Notes: generated by a model from the letters alone, not told the origin. A stretch of DNA of 64,000 nucleotides from Perkinsus chesapeaki ATCC PRA-425 (GCA_013115145.1 JAAPAO010000010.1:87611-151610); one strand, 5' to 3'; positions 1 through 13,993 are shown, numbered from the stretch's first letter. Made by a program: numbers and translations.

Positions 1-2718
1 ATTGAAGCTCACTTGGCTCAATACTTTCGCGAAGTTTGTTGGCCTCTTCATCCGATAGTGCAATGTACTCATCATCGCTGGTCACCGCCAGACACCTGAG
101 CGAAATGCCATATCAACCGACCCACTATGATAAGTCTATCTTACCTTTGTTTACCTCCTTCAATATCGACAACTCGGTGATTACCAAATACACTCGGTGG
201 GACTAATGTCGGTACCTTCGAAGATCCGGCCAAAGTTTGGTATGAGCAATAGCACACGCACTCCTACCACCATAGTCTTGCCATCGTCTCTACCAAGGCA
301 CCCGGACGACTTCTTCCCCCAGCTGTAAACCAGACCGCTCTCCGTCAATATGAACGAATACTAACAAGAATCTTATCAGCCTTGTTGAAGCACGCTCCAA
401 CCTTCGTTCCTGCGGCCAACTTCTTGATGCCCTTAATGCCGTTCTCGTAACTGAATACGTGACCATTCCAAACGACAGTATTTCCAAGCATACTACTCAG
501 AGGGAACCGTCACCGAATGAGGCTCCAGCCAAGTCCGATCTCCCCAGTAGTATCTGATTGATGGGAATTTCATTGCGCCCATTATCGCCAACACCTTCTT
601 ACACTGCACCCTTGTCGGTGACGGCGATTATGTGATGATCCCCACATACAGCGTCGGCTATCTTAGTGCCTTCCAACTGAAACCAACGTCCGTATTCATC
701 AACATCAAAGTAAGCTCCACCGAGTGGGTAAAGGAAAATCCATGGAGAGCCAGAGTAGAGACGATCAAACAAGTAGATAGACGAGAAGGCAACATTCACA
801 AATAACCCAAGGGCAGCAAGAAACGGAATACTCACCTTCAAGCAGGGAATCTCTCTCGGGTATCTTTCAGCAGAGTACCTGCAAGCTCAACCTGTGCGCA
901 CTGTGAAGAATTTACTCAACATACATATCCCCCATAGATTCCTCTCCCAATCCTAACTGACCATAATCATTACGACCAAATACGAACAGTCGACCATTGT
1001 TGTCCAGAATCAAAGAGAAGTTGGAGCCGCAAGATACCTGAGGTGGCCGGATTACACAAATACATGGACCATGTCGGGGAGATGATGGCCCTCCTTATAG
1101 CACATACAGCATCAAGTGTGTGGTACTCGACCGATGACTAACTATAGGAGAGTTCCTCGAGAGCTACCAAGTCGATGAAATCCCAATTGATTATGGACTT
1201 GCTAGGTAATACATTATTATGATAAATATAGAGTTATATATTAAATATGAATTAATACTGATGTATATAATAAAATGTATAAATAAATGACATGCCAATG
1301 CACGATACAAGATACAAATAACCAAAAACACTTAAACTGGTATGTAAATGCTGGTATGTTCTCTGCAGCAGTATGATCTACCAGCACTATCACAACCAGG
1401 TAGCGTTGCAGAGAGTTCACAGCCTTACCTTTTTAATATGAGCATCTCCAAGGATATCCTGGAAGTACTCCAACGGCTGTGGTTCAGCTTGATCCGATGA
1501 ATCCCCCAAACCCAGGCTGACAAGAGGTTATCGATAACAATGGTGATACGAAGATACCGCAAGATATTTTCATCAGGTTACCCATCGACGAGCACGCCCT
1601 TCCAAACTAGATACCATTACCAGCCCTTTCCCCTCATTACATGCCAAACTCTCCCTTTCCGCAAGTATATACATGATCCGACTTGGTACGGAACATGGAG
1701 TGCTGGACTCCAGAGGATACTTCTTCAACTCGTTCACCCAACTCCAACAGCCTCTGGACAGCTTCAAATCTAACGTCAACAACACTTCCACTAAAAAACC
1801 TTCACAGTGCGCAAGATACCTATCTCTGTTGTTCTTATCCCCCAGACCTAGCGCTCCTTGTCCAGAGAACCAACTGCCGCCCCAACCAGCTGAATGCACC
1901 TAATTGCCAACTACCACACCGACCACCAAACTACCTTACCGCCCCATCCTTTGTTCGAACCATAGTATGATATGATCCACATGAGACATCGGCAGCGAGC
2001 TCTGAAAAGCAGCAGCAGCAACGACGACGACGACGCTCAAACGGTTGATATGAAGGATTTAGAGATACATAGCTGGAATGGCGTGTATAAAGACATTATA
2101 ATAGGCGATGGTTGACAGGTGTAACTGTGTGAAACATGCATCATACTGAGTATGTAAAGAGAGAGCACGCTGTTGGTTTACTTGCTATATTAGGCATCTT
2201 TATATAGATTATTATCTTCACATAATCGATTACTTACTGCTGGCCTCAGATCCCGTTAAAGGCTCTATCTCAGCCACTGCTGGTACATCATCAACATCAC
2301 CCTTCTTCTACAATACACCAAATCATTTCCGACAGCACTGTCATTGTATTACTCCAGAAGAACTGTCTCTTGCCAGTTGACCATATTTATTATTACCAAA
2401 GGTAAATACCTTACCCTCAGACACTACCGCGGAATGCTCACCACCACATGCCAAGCTCTCAACAGATGGCACTCCACTAAGCTGGGAGATCTAACAGGAG
2501 ACCAATATCACTTTAACTAGATATAATTCACACCTTCGTTGGTAGTTTGCTAACTTCACCCACAGTAGGGCCCCCAGTCACTCCCGAACTGGCAGGAGCT
2601 CCCCAGCGCCACACTGTGTAGGATGAACCTGAACACGAGGTATAGAACAGAACGCACGATGCTCAGTGCGAAGTCAAGCGAACGTAACCAGCAACAATAC
2701 CGCTAGCCTATGGCGCAT
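1..2718 (-). CDS. RCC1-repeat (beta-propeller) protein, multi-exon, runs off the left edge; start approximate
   Basis: Minus-strand exons carry RCC1 repeat motifs: GNNKYGQLAR, VSCGSYHTMVRTKDGA, SAGWGGSWFSGQGALGLG, DAVCGDHHIIAVTDKGAV and GLVYSWGKKSSGCLG, separated by short GT-AG introns. Confidence 0.75.
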
Positions 2719-2865
2719 GATACCGACTTCGTTATATATAAAAATACACGAGATACACTTTAACTGTATGACACCCAAGTTATTGAGGCAGGTGAAGGGA
2801 GAGAAGGATATAGGAATTACTGGTGTGCGACATGGAGATTCATCGATGCGAAGGAATGATGGGGA

Positions 2866-3224
2866 TTATGGTGATCTACCACCACCAGCAGCAACAACAA
2901 GGCACATAGTACTAATCCTATACATTTTAATACGCAGTATAATAACTACCATTGCGACCAGGGACAATAGTCGTCCGTCCTGACAAAAGCGACGATTACG
3001 CAACCTATATATATCACTAATAATGGAATCCAGCAGCGAGGTATCGTGAGAGTGTAAAGACTCCACCATAGAGCCCTCTCCTACACAGTACCACAACAAC
3101 GTTTAGATATTACTGAAGCATCTTAAATGTTGTTGTAGTATAACCGTCGTCGAGGTGCTGAATACCGCTCTTGTGTGCATCATCACAGCAGGAGGCAAGG
3201 CAGCACTGGTAGCAGATGATATCA
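2866..3224 (-). CDS. Possible small spliced hypothetical membrane protein
   Basis: A plausible spliced frame with a hydrophobic stretch (WIPLLVIYIGCVIVAFV) can be built using GT-AG introns. No family was recognised. Confidence 0.25.
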
Positions 3225-3373
3225 TATTATAGGAGAAAAACGATAGTGAGATGGCTGATGATAATGTGACCATTGTAACACAAAAAGGGACAGCTTATTA
3301 GAAAAAAGAGAACTATCTATTCCAGACTAGTACATACCCATACACTACCCCCTATCCCTATTATCATCATGCA

Positions 3374-3885
3374 TTAACCTATATTTAGGCGGAACATATC
3401 ATTAAGACAATATATACCTCCTGATGGGTTCGGGGCAAGATGAAATACCTGCTAACACGGCTTCACGGATCGTAACGACACACGACTCACTTGACCAAAT
3501 TTAAGAGGATTCTGATTATCATCCACCAACAGATTGCCAGTCACAAACACCACGACACCGTTATTCGAAGGATTAGGCTGGCAGTCTGCCTTAATCACCT
3601 AACGCCGACAATATCACAGCTAGAGGTGTCAGAATAATATTACCTGATGCTGTACCTTTTGAAAGGGCAGGCTGACCAGTTTTTGTACGATATTACCCGC
3701 TCCTTGGAACTGCTCTCCTTCGAATGTCAGCATTGAGGTATCTACCCGTTACCTAGTAGTCGCAATATTATTGCTTTACCTCCATAAAGTGAAGTAAGAT
3801 TAGATCTGTTACTGTCGAATGTCCCATAGTAGTGCTGGACAAACTGCTCTCCAATAGACTGGAACTGTGGGTTTATTTGAGCCAT
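3374..3885 (-). CDS. NTF2: Nuclear transport factor 2
   Basis: Spliced translation: [24 protein letters not shown]...[31 protein letters not shown]...[36 protein letters not shown]|[24 protein letters not shown]. Confidence 0.92.
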
Positions 3886-4203
3886 CAGGAGGAGGAAAAC
3901 TGTGAGAACTGTAAAGATACAAAATAGCTCAGATCGCGCGTCTCCAGCACACAGGGGGTGGTTCAGTCCAATAATTTAATACTCAACACAACCGCGTGAT
4001 AAAGCAGGATAGTGACGGAGTACAGACGAAGTGTTGTCAGCAAAAATTGTTGTGTATGAAAGACGCAACTGAAAAGAGAAGCAGCCTCATTAATGATGAT
4101 TTAACCTGATCTCCCATAAAATCCCTACGTGTAATCATCTGGTGTTGGTCACTAGTGTTAAAAGGCAAGCTGCTGCTGACCATTATTGCTGACCACGATA
4201 TCT

Positions 4204-5197
4204 TCAACAGCACTTCTTCTTTTCCGATCCTCCACCAGTTGACGACGAACCTCCGTTGCCAGCTGCTGCCCCACCAGTGCCTCGACGTTCTGTTAGTTTA
4301 ACTGCGTTCGAATTGGCCGTTGAATTCGCGTTATTGGTTCGTGGAGGTATACCATTCAATAGACTAAATAGATAGGCGCTTTATTTATATTATAAAGCTA
4401 ATCTTTATTACTCATAACTGTCGCATACTCTTTCCGCAATTGCTCTAAAAGCCTGTTCCACATTCAAACCACTCTTAGCCGAAGTTTCGAAGAAGGGCAT
4501 ATCATATTTATCAGCTAGAGCTTGTCCTTCCTCCGTTGATACTTTCTAACATATTTTTCTTTACATTCAAATACCACTAGTCGGTACTACCCGTTTGGCC
4601 TCCATATCGGCTTTATTACCTACCAATAGCTTCTGGACGGTCTTATCGGCATGCTCATCCAAGTTGCGAACCCAGTAGTCTACATCTGATCAATGAATGG
4701 AATCTTTAGGTTGACCTTGCAAGATACACAATAGGTCAAGTTGTGGTACTACTTTTGAAACTCTTAGGGTCGGTCATGTCATAAATGAGTAAAACGCCCA
4801 TAGCATTGCGATAATAAGCTGGAGTAATTGTTCGGAATCTTTCTTGGCCAGCTGTATCCTATAATAACATCCTACTAGACTGTTTAATATATGGTGTATT
4901 ACCCATATTTGTAGGCGAACTTGCCTATCCTGCACATTAATAGTTTTCACCCTAAAGTCCACTCCAATGGTAATAACAAAATTAGAATCGAAGCGGTTTT
5001 CACAGAAACGCATCAACAGTGACGATTTACCAACAGCTGAAGAGAACAATCGATTTAAGGCGCCCTTGAAGAAGGGTGATAGTACCGCTATCGCCCAAAA
5101 CCAGAATTCGTGCAGTGGCATCATAGGTTTCATCAGACGCCCCTCCTCCTCCCCCAGCAGCGGCTCCTCCTGATGATGCCGAATCATAATGTGGCAT
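4204..5197 (-). CDS. Rab GTPase, Rab8/Sec4-like, multi-exon
   Basis: MPHYDS...ILVLGDS|[45 protein letters not shown]-type exon, [15 protein letters not shown] and a C-terminal KKKCC* prenylation motif. Confidence 0.92.
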
Positions 5198-5698
5198 TAC
5201 TTATGGTTTATTATAACAACAGATATATAATAAATAGATAAACAACAACAACAACGACGACGATCATTACAAACACGACATCAAAAATGGTATAAGGTTG
5301 CATCGCTCCGCTAAGCGCAGTTATCTTAGCGTACGCCATTTAATCACCCACTCACCATTTCCGATTTGAGCTCGACCATATGTTAATTGAATCTTGGTTA
5401 GATAGCTGCGTGAGGCTTCATTGTTCTAGCCGTTTTCTCGTAGCCTACTCGTTATAATGGACTCCTTGTGAGAGCAGTGATGATTGGTCTTTCGTTCGTA
5501 ATGCCCCCCACCGTTAATATTCAACGGGAGAATCAGGCTTTTCGAATTCAAGTCAATTAGAGAAAGGTTTTCCAAACTATCTTCGTTGAGTATTGAAAGT
5601 TGGCTCAGGACCACAGACGACTGTCTACTACTTTACCTTTGTTCCCCTTTGCGATGTGTTAATATAACGTAGTGTCCATCATATACTTCTGCTCGATA

Positions 5699-6990
5699 AT
5701 GGCTCAACGCTTTCGTATCACTTCAATAATATTATCCATACTTCATTTACTACTTACTACAGTTTCCGGATCTAGAGCTCCTCTATCACCAAATGGAGGT
5801 CAACCGGCTGGCGGACAGGTGCGAATAGTAGAACACTTAGCATTTACTAAGACCAAAAATGTATCATCAACGTTTTTATTAGGTTAGATGCAGCAAGGCC
5901 GTTAAAGCGGACTATGATAACGGCGGACACGTAACATTATCGAGTTAGTCAGATGAACATGTCCGCAACAATATTCAGGAAATATTCCGTGTCGGTGCTG
6001 CTTGGCATGATACTGATCCCAATGATCGCCGATCTGTTGATGGTTATGCGATAGAATATGCTTATACCACTTCTTGGAAGTGAGTGGATAATCTATTTCC
6101 TCGCACTGTATGTGCTCATTCAGGATTTATATAACGAACACCACCAGCTTGTTCCTTAACGTCGACCCTCTTAAAATGTGCTCTGAAACCCCTTCGGTAG
6201 TAAATCATGAGAGAGTCTCATGCGAAGACTATATCACGGCATGCGGCAAAGAACATTTCGAGCCACCACCACCACCTTTGCGGCTAATGGGAGCGAGATA
6301 TGAGCCAAACCCGATGGAAGCTCTACGCTATATATACAAGGAACTCGAAAGTCGAGCTGATACAGAGTATATAACAAAATACAAAACTGACTTTGAATGG
6401 ATTACTGGCATCCACATGTATGGAACAAAGGTAAACAATATCTACTTCCTTCATGGTCCCCGGAAGACAAGTTGGTCTTGTTATAAACTATTCTTGAGAT
6501 GTTAATCTTATCGTGTGCTTCTCAGCAACTCAAGCAACCAGGGCCTTTACGATATGTTAAGCTTCGATGGGATTATGATAAGATGAAATGTGTTCCCTTC
6601 CAGTTGAGCGCAGGCGCCACCAGCGAAGCGTAAGAATAAAACGCGCAGTGTCTTATTAATTTATCCGCGGGGGCTTGTAATCGACTTAGTTATGTGGGAT
6701 AAATGATTACTTTATGGTTTTGCAGACTTCCACTCTTGGAAAAAGACAAGCAATGGGAATACATTGATGAGCTTAAGAAATTAGTTGATGCCACCGAGGC
6801 CGTGGACTCAGCATTACCATTGGAAGAGAGATGCCGTTTACAACTTATCCGCTATGGGGATGAAATATATAAACAATATACCGAGAAGGCTAGAACGAAA
6901 CGTGTCCGATGGGAAGGGCTCGATAACGATGAGGATAAGGCCGAGGCCGCTGCTGCTCTACTCCAGCTTTTAGCCTATGGTTGGCAATAA
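5699..6990 (+). CDS. Hypothetical protein with a signal-peptide-like N-terminus, multi-exon; extent approximate
   Basis: MAQRFRITSIILSILHLLLTTVSG start, followed by co-directional open exons (6110-6505, 6703-6990). No family recognised. Confidence 0.4.
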
Positions 6991-7570
6991 ATCTATTGTC
7001 ATCTTTATTGCGGGAAATGGATATAAGCACTTGGTCAAGACGTCATTTATCTTTTCACTTGAATGACCATAAAGCAGAAAAACGATGTTGTATAACATGT
7101 CTATCTCTGGTGTTGTTGTAAGCAATGAAAAGGTATTTTGTTATTCAGTTTGATTCCTTGATAGCTTAAGCAAAAAACATCTACTAGAGTGGTCCAATTC
7201 GGAACATCCGTTGTGTCTTCTGATTACCAACTGTCATACCGTTCTTGCAGAGCGCGTGTGACATTGCTACAAACTCGTTTCGTAGGTTAAAGTAAATACT
7301 TGGACTTTCGCCTAAGGGCGTGCATGTCCCGCGACATACAGTCATACGATAACACTCGGACAAAGCTTATATGCAAAGTCATAGGAGCAAACGAGCATAC
7401 ATTTGAGGAACTTAGGCCTAGTGAATCTTGCAACGATGAGGATAATAATAGAGTGGAGGCAAAATGCGATAATTTGTAAAGCACGTGAACGGCTATAAAG
7501 TACGATGGTGTAATCCTATTTAGATCAAACACGCTACGGTCTGTGGAAACTACTAAACCCTCCCCATCGT

Positions 7571-10001
7571 ATGGCGGCCGTTGGCCAGCAAGGCAGCTCG
7601 TTTCTGGGACAATGCCAAGCTTTCAAACTATAGCAGCGATGCGAAAACTGGACGGTCAATATCATTCAAGAACTCAGCACGCCGTGAAGTTTTATGAGCA
7701 ACAAGACGGACAAAGCAAACAAAGTCCAGCAGCAAGTGATATAATTCAACAAAGGGACCACGAGGTGACTTGAGGCAAAATACCGTCCATACTGTAAATG
7801 TAGGAAGGACCCCCAATACCGGCCGCGCCGGAGGAATCGACGCCAACCGCAAAGCTCCTGCAGGATATGGATACTTGGATGAGCATTAAAAACAGGATCT
7901 TATACAGTCACAAAAGAGAAGCAACCAACCAGTTGCCTGCGGGCAGAGCGATGCAGAAAGTATCCGATACGAGTCCGGAGCACCTCGTGGATCGGACTGG
8001 TAGGTCGATTTGTTAGCCATGCCGCCGAGCTTTACGAAAAGCCTGTGCCAAGATGATCCCGTTTCCTCGAAGTCATTCTCACACCTTGTCTACGCGATTG
8101 GCGAACAGATATCGCTAGACTCTTGGCAACTATATAGATTTTTTTGGGTGAGTGGAAGCGTGTCAGGCGTAGCACTTCGTGAAAGCGGTGGAAACGATGG
8201 CGAAGTCATTAGAGTCGGCGAGCAACATTATGGCGATCTCAAAGAGAAGAAGGAGGGATGGGCTTCAACATTACTGAACAGGTGGTGGCCAAGTTCCCAT
8301 GGAGAGGTTCGGTAGCTGCGGGTCCTTGAAGTATTATCGTGCCGCTATAGGATACGATAAAGCCAGACGTATCATCAGTACATGATAAAGGACATGCTAA
8401 CGAGACAGTTGGCTCTACAACTGATAACCAGGGCTTCTGGGAGTACTTCAACTCAGCAAAGGATATCATGTAAACAACCGGTTCGAGACGAGAGACAGTA
8501 GCTGACCACTTAGGACAACTGCGGCTAAGGCATTCACAGCGACCGTTGACAACACTCCATTACGGGCGGTTCTCTTAAGAGAGTTTGGTGGTGCTGTGGA
8601 GGAGCTCATCATAGCCGTTCATATAAAGAAGTAAACTGGTGTTACCGAGAAAGTCAAGCATCACTCAGGTGTACGAATGTCCCAAGCATGGACCTGATAG
8701 GTCATGCCGACTGTTACGTTACAGTGCAGGTTGATACGACTGGTATTGCCCGAGACGGCGACTCTTCCGGTCCAAGATCGAAGACCATGTACCGTACACG
8801 CACCCGGCAGGTGAGAATATGTTGTCACAGTTACAACGATAGCGATCCGGTCTTCAATGACTGCGTCGAAACTAAACCCCTCCGGGCAGTGGAGCTACTC
8901 TCCCCCAATGCAATGCTGAGATTGACAGTCTTGGACTGGGATATTATCAGATCTGACGATCTCGTCGGTGAGTGATGCATCCACCAGCACGATCTCAAGC
9001 ACTTCTTACGACCAGGCACGTGTGTTTACCCACTTTACGAGACTTTACAGTGCAGTGGAGTAGCACCATATGTCTTGTCACCTCTGAACGGCTACGAGGC
9101 GCAATCAGCGACTAGCGGTCCCAGCGCCAAACTATTCGTAATCGAAAATCATCGATCGCCCTTGGTGTCCTGAGTTGCAATACAATTGTCATATTCGAAC
9201 CAACAGGTGAGGATCATGGTTCGAGCGACGGCAGGGGCTGTATGCGTCATGTTTACACCTGTCGCAATAACGGGTCTCGTGGGTTTCGCTTTCCGTAATG
9301 CGAGGCTTGGAGTTGAAGGCAAGCTCGTTAAAGATAAGAAGAACCCCATAGAACTGACAAAGTAAGTCTAGTGCCGAATGCATGCATGTATGGTCTGTGC
9401 TAACGCAATTTCGATCTTTCACTTTATTTCGATCTTCTTGTGACAATGGGCATTTCAGCTCAGAGAATGTAAGACGCCCCAGACGCCTTCTCAGCTGGAG
9501 CCAAGGTTGGAGGGTCAGAGGAGCATTTTCCTCGCTCAGGTACCCTACACTTGGCGTGTCTGAAAGTAGCATCTATCCAACGGCGTCTTCTCCCGTGTCC
9601 AGCACTGGATGGGCTTTATGGGATGCAGGCCGGCAAGCGCCACCAATCCTGTGTCGGTCTGACAGGAACCTGTATTGCTCGGGATCCCTGTCGGATGCGT
9701 ACCTGCGACTATTGATAGGTACTTTCATCTGGCGCTCGTAGCGTCGCCAGACAACCCGGTCCCTTTGATGCATTGCGGTATAAAACTGAGCGCCTTGGAA
9801 GAATCTTGTGGCATACGAGGGCGGAGGCTCTTCAACAGGTTAGTAATTGGTTAAGCTACGCGCTACCCAAAATGCGTTATCTTATCATTAACGAGGATTA
9901 TTCATAGTTACTCGGATCTGGATCTTCGCAAGACCAGACTTTACGCCTCAGCAGAGGTTCGATTGCTTGCGCCACCGCCAGTAGCAGACGCCTCTACATG
10001 A
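7571..10001 (+). CDS. C2-domain-containing protein, multi-exon; outer boundaries uncertain
   Basis: Exon 8688-8975 reads MDLIGHADCYVTVQV...NDSDPVFND...LRLTVLDWDIIRSDDLVG, carrying the Ca-binding C2 Asp motifs. Flanking exons are inferred. Confidence 0.55.
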
Positions 10002-10150
10002 ACTGTTTTATGCGGGCTGATACGAGGGGACCGTGTATTGTTTCGGCTGATACTTGAGTCATGATATCATACGATCGGAAGCGTGCAGCATACATGTTCG
10101 TTATCGAATTCAACTCTTGTGTTACAAGAGTGGTACGCGCTCGCGTAATA

Positions 10151-10224
10151 TACCCGATGCAGGATTCGAACCTACGACCATCTGCTCCGTAGGCAGACAT
10201 TCTATCCAGCTGAACTAATCGGGC
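10151..10224 (-). tRNA. trnR-ACG: tRNA-Arg (ACG)
   Basis: GCCCGAT/ATCGGGT acceptor stem, D-loop AGCTGGATAGA, anticodon arm TCTGC-CTACGGA-GCAGA, T-loop GGTTCGAATCC. Confidence 0.95.
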
Positions 10225-10399
10225 TATAGCTAGTTATAAGCCTAAGCCTGATCACCCCTACCACTGTATAACGAGACAAGAGTAGCAATCCAACGAAAGG
10301 CATTATTTATTCATGCTCTTCGGCGACCTACCCCGTGATTGGGGCCTCTGGTGTGACGAAGATGCCTTCTGCATTCCAGGAACGAAAACTCTGCTCTCT

Positions 10400-11716
10400 T
10401 TAACCTGGCATGCATATAAAGCTCGAGGCAGCTGCAACAACAAGCAGCGGCACTGAAGGTTTGACCCTAACCTTAGTCAGCCTCGCCCGTCTTCCTTTGT
10501 CTTCTTCATTTGACTGCATTGCGCCGTCAATTATATCAGACATAACGCGTTGCCGGCCTGAAGACAAGGAGCGGTCACCGTAATGTCCCCACTAGCGTGC
10601 TCTTCCGCACTGCTGAATCCACAGCCAAGAGTCAGACAAAGACGTTCTTAGTAGACGGAATCCAAAAGTTCCAAGTCTTTACTTTCCTCTTGGCTGTAAA
10701 GCTTGATCGGTAGCAGCGGCCGTGTTCCACGCTCGATACAGGTTATTGTCAGAGAGGAAAAGTCCACGTCACATGAAGGATCTCCGGATGTGTTGAAGAA
10801 ACCGACAGCTCCAGAGCCGATGCTCGCTTGGAAAGTAATACGAACCTTGAAGCGACTATTCAGTTCTCACCAACATGCACGAGGGATTCCTCCTCCTGCA
10901 TCGGAGGAAATGGGGGCCTTACGTGCCTCACCTTCCTGTTATTGAGAAATGCCACTCCCTGATTTCCCTGCACAAGAATCTCCCATTGTTCGTCGATCCC
11001 TTTTGATGATGAAGGGTAGACAGCGGTAGCTGATGGAGAAACCAAGCGAGGGAAAGCATGTAAATGATTAAGCTTGTTCAGGCCCTCACTCAGCGGCTTG
11101 CACACAAGGTCCCGTCCACCAAGCCGGTAAACTTGGCCGGAGGAGGCTTTGCCTTCCACCCATACCGATAGTCCTTGGACCCCTTGCGACTCTTTCGACG
11201 AGTGGATCAGTATGCCAGTGTCTGAGGCAGTTGCAAGACTCTACTGTTAAGCCGCGGCCATCGTTAGCAAAGTCCTGCCGTAGTAATGGTTCCGCAAAGA
11301 CGACTAACAGGGGAGGACCTTCCCGGGAGGTTCATGGTGGTTGCCGAGCTATGAAGGGGTACAAACTGCTACGCGTGATGTGTCCCACGTGAACATCTAT
11401 TTGAGGAGCTCTGCTCATCGTGCGCTAGTGAATAACTGGAAAGGCCCTATTGTTTGTAGCAATGCCTTACTGATTCCTTTCTGAACCTCGTCAGTTGCGT
11501 GCACCCTAAACTTGATAAGATAATGCTTCAACTCTGGACACTTGAGCCAGTAGACTGGTGTGTCGGGCTGTAGCGTGAGGCACCATGGCCCGAGAACGCA
11601 CACCTGAAGATTTGCCTTCAAGAAGCATTACCCAGCTTGTGGGTCTCAGCGTATCTACTTCGTTGCCAGCCTTTGTAGTAGGAGCTAGATCTTCCTCATG
11701 CGATGGACGCTTCATT
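10400..11716 (-). CDS. Hypothetical multi-exon protein between the two tRNAs; boundaries approximate
   Basis: Several co-directional open frames (11415-11621, 10860-11159 and a final frame ending near 10400) with GT-AG flanks. No family recognised. Confidence 0.3.
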
Positions 11717-11811
11717 CGCTGTACGGATGAAAGGCTGATAAAGATACATGGACAGACCTGGATAACAACCAAATATTGAAGTGCCACAGGATCAGGAACT
11801 CTAGCTTCAGA

Positions 11812-11893
11812 GACAGCGTGTCCGAGTGGTTAAGGAGGTGGACTAGAAATCCACTGGGCTCTGCCCGCGCAGGTTCGAATCCTGCCGCTGTCG
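11812..11893 (+). tRNA. trnS-AGA: tRNA-Ser (AGA)
   Basis: GACAGCG/CGCTGTC acceptor stem, anticodon arm GTGGA-CTAGAAA-TCCAC, long variable arm, T-loop GGTTCGAATCC. Confidence 0.96.
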
Positions 11894-12416
11894 AATTATC
11901 TGTACGATAAAAAGCTTCTACTAGAAACCTGACGAGCCGTCAGTGACGAGTTACTACGCACCGAGAATACAATGACAACCTAGCATAGTAACTTTAAAAA
12001 ACTACGCCGCAACAGTATGATCGAAACCTCGTATAACTGATAAGCTGGAACGACCGCCATTCCTCTGACGACTTCCGAAGTAGTCATCGAAGAATCAAAA
12101 CTCTTCATTCCCGACCGTAAGTTATAATTTTCCAAATCCTTATATTACTAAACTCCCGAAAGCGACTAAGGTAGTAGGACAACAGCAATTTCGGTAATCC
12201 TGTTGTGGCTGCATAAATATATTAGATATCGTTGTTCACTAACAACACAAATCCCTTCTAGTAAAAATACGACTACCAGAATAACGCCTTATAACCGTGA
12301 TTATGTAAAATGATATCAACTTTGATAAACGATAGCACGGTAAGCGCTCATAAGGACACCGATGGTAACAATAAGCAGTTTATTCATCCGCGAGATTACG
12401 TAAGAGTCCCATCTAC

Positions 12417-13541
12417 TCAGCAGGTCACATCCTGCCAGCCGCCACCAGATGGTAGTGGTCTCGGCTGCCAGAGCGGCTTAGTGGGAGTTATAATATCATT
12501 ATCTAATAGTTCTTCTGACTCTGATGATTCGGATTCACCAAGCAACAATGCAACAGACCATTTGCCGCTTCCTTTAAAAATGAGCCTCCCTGAGCGTTTA
12601 GCCTCAAGTGTCACCGGGCAAGGTTTGCCGTTCACAATGAACTCGACAATCTTGAACATTGACCCTGAGTCATCCACACCAAGTACTAGGGAAATGACGT
12701 CACCAACATTCATATCACAGACTCCATCCTGGCACAGTCGCCCTCGATCCCACTTCTTCCCCGTTGTGCTGAAGCCCACAGAATCAGCGCACTTCCTGCG
12801 AGTGGCTTCCTGCTGAACTCCGGGATACTTCACACGACATAGGCAATCCTCTGCGTTGCACTCAGTGAGCCCAAAACTCAGAATTCTCTCCAGCTCCGTG
12901 ATGCGCAAAGTCACCCTACGGGTCTTCAAGTCCTTCTTATCGCCGTTAAGGACCATTTCAATCCCTCGCCATGGAGGTATCTCTCCGCGGTAGTAAAATG
13001 GGTTCGATGATATCCTCCAAAGCCTATCATGCCGAAGCACCTCAACTGCCGCGTCTGTTCTGTAGATTGTGAGCTCGTCTGATGTCACGCTGTCGATCTC
13101 GTTAACATCCGCCGGCTGCCTTGTAGGAGAAACTTGGGGCTCACTCGGCGACCAGACCGCCGAGGGCTTTGCATCGTACCGAGTCTCGGCTTCCTGCACA
13201 GTGTACCGCCTGGCCTTGAAACCCCGGCAGAAGTCGTCAGCAGGACCCAGCAGGGGTCCAGCGCTATAGGGAGCGTCACTAATACGAAGATACCCTTGTT
13301 GAGTGGAAGTGCTGACTCGAAGGAAGAATGCACCAGAATCACAGAAAAGCATACCGACAGGATTAGCAAGGGAGAGGGACAGCATTGTGTGAGGAGGCAA
13401 CTCCACCGCTTCCCTTGTGTGTTGTAAGGCGGGGGCTGGGTAAAGCAAAGCGAGCCTGCGGGTCTGAGAGCAACTAAATAAAATCCAAAGGAGAATAATG
13501 CCTCCAAAAAGGCAGAGTGGAGATTGCCGTGACCAGAACAC
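12417..13541 (-). CDS. Large exon of a hypothetical protein with a SPRY-like segment; may be spliced to neighbouring exons
   Basis: 374-codon open frame. MNVGDVISLVLGVDDSGSMFKIVEFIVNGK resembles the SPRY GDVIG...FxxNG signature. Confidence 0.45.
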   Translation of the reverse strand: MFWSRQSPLCLFGGIILLWILFSCSQTRRLALLYPAPALQHTREAVELPPHTMLSLSLANPVGMLFCDSGAFFLRVSTSTQQGYLRISDAPYSAGPLLGPADDFCRGFKARRYTVQEAETRYDAKPSAVWSPSEPQVSPTRQPADVNEIDSVTSDELTIYRTDAAVEVLRHDRLWRISSNPFYYRGEIPPWRGIEMVLNGDKKDLKTRRVTLRITELERILSFGLTECNAEDCLCRVKYPGVQQEATRRKCADSVGFSTTGKKWDRGRLCQDGVCDMNVGDVISLVLGVDDSGSMFKIVEFIVNGKPCPVTLEAKRSGRLIFKGSGKWSVALLLGESESSESEELLDNDIITPTKPLWQPRPLPSGGGWQDVTC

Positions 13542-13993
13542 ACAATAGGAAGCGCTTCAAAGATCAATAATCCACTTATAAACCAAAATTGCACCAGCGA
13601 AGAACGCTCTGGTTTTCCTAACCAGATGTAACGCATCTTACCTTTAACGGTATAGCCGAGCAGGCATGCGATGGACTTCTAGATGTCGAGCTTCCCAGCG
13701 ACATCGCCTTCAACCGGCACAGGTTCTTAGTGCCGTAGTCTGACAGCTTGAGTATCACGAAGTGCTCTTGTACGTATTCAACCCATCTTGCCCGGAGATC
13801 CTGAAAGGTAACAGCAGCTCTGATAAAGTACCGGAGGCATTGAATTGCATACATGTCAAGAGCCTCCCTCAGGACTGGTATGGCTCTCAAACTAATGTAT
13901 CAGTTAGGAGTAAAGTGAAGCTCGTGTCTCGAGGACCCTCTGTTTTTGTAGTAAAAACCGTAGCATCTACGTTGTGAACCACACCGCGTCACA

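Noticed and set aside
1-3885. RCC1 plus NTF2 as a Ran-cycle gene cluster
   Set aside because: RCC1-like repeats occur in many non-RanGEF proteins, and nothing here shows this one is the RanGEF. The adjacency is probably coincidental.
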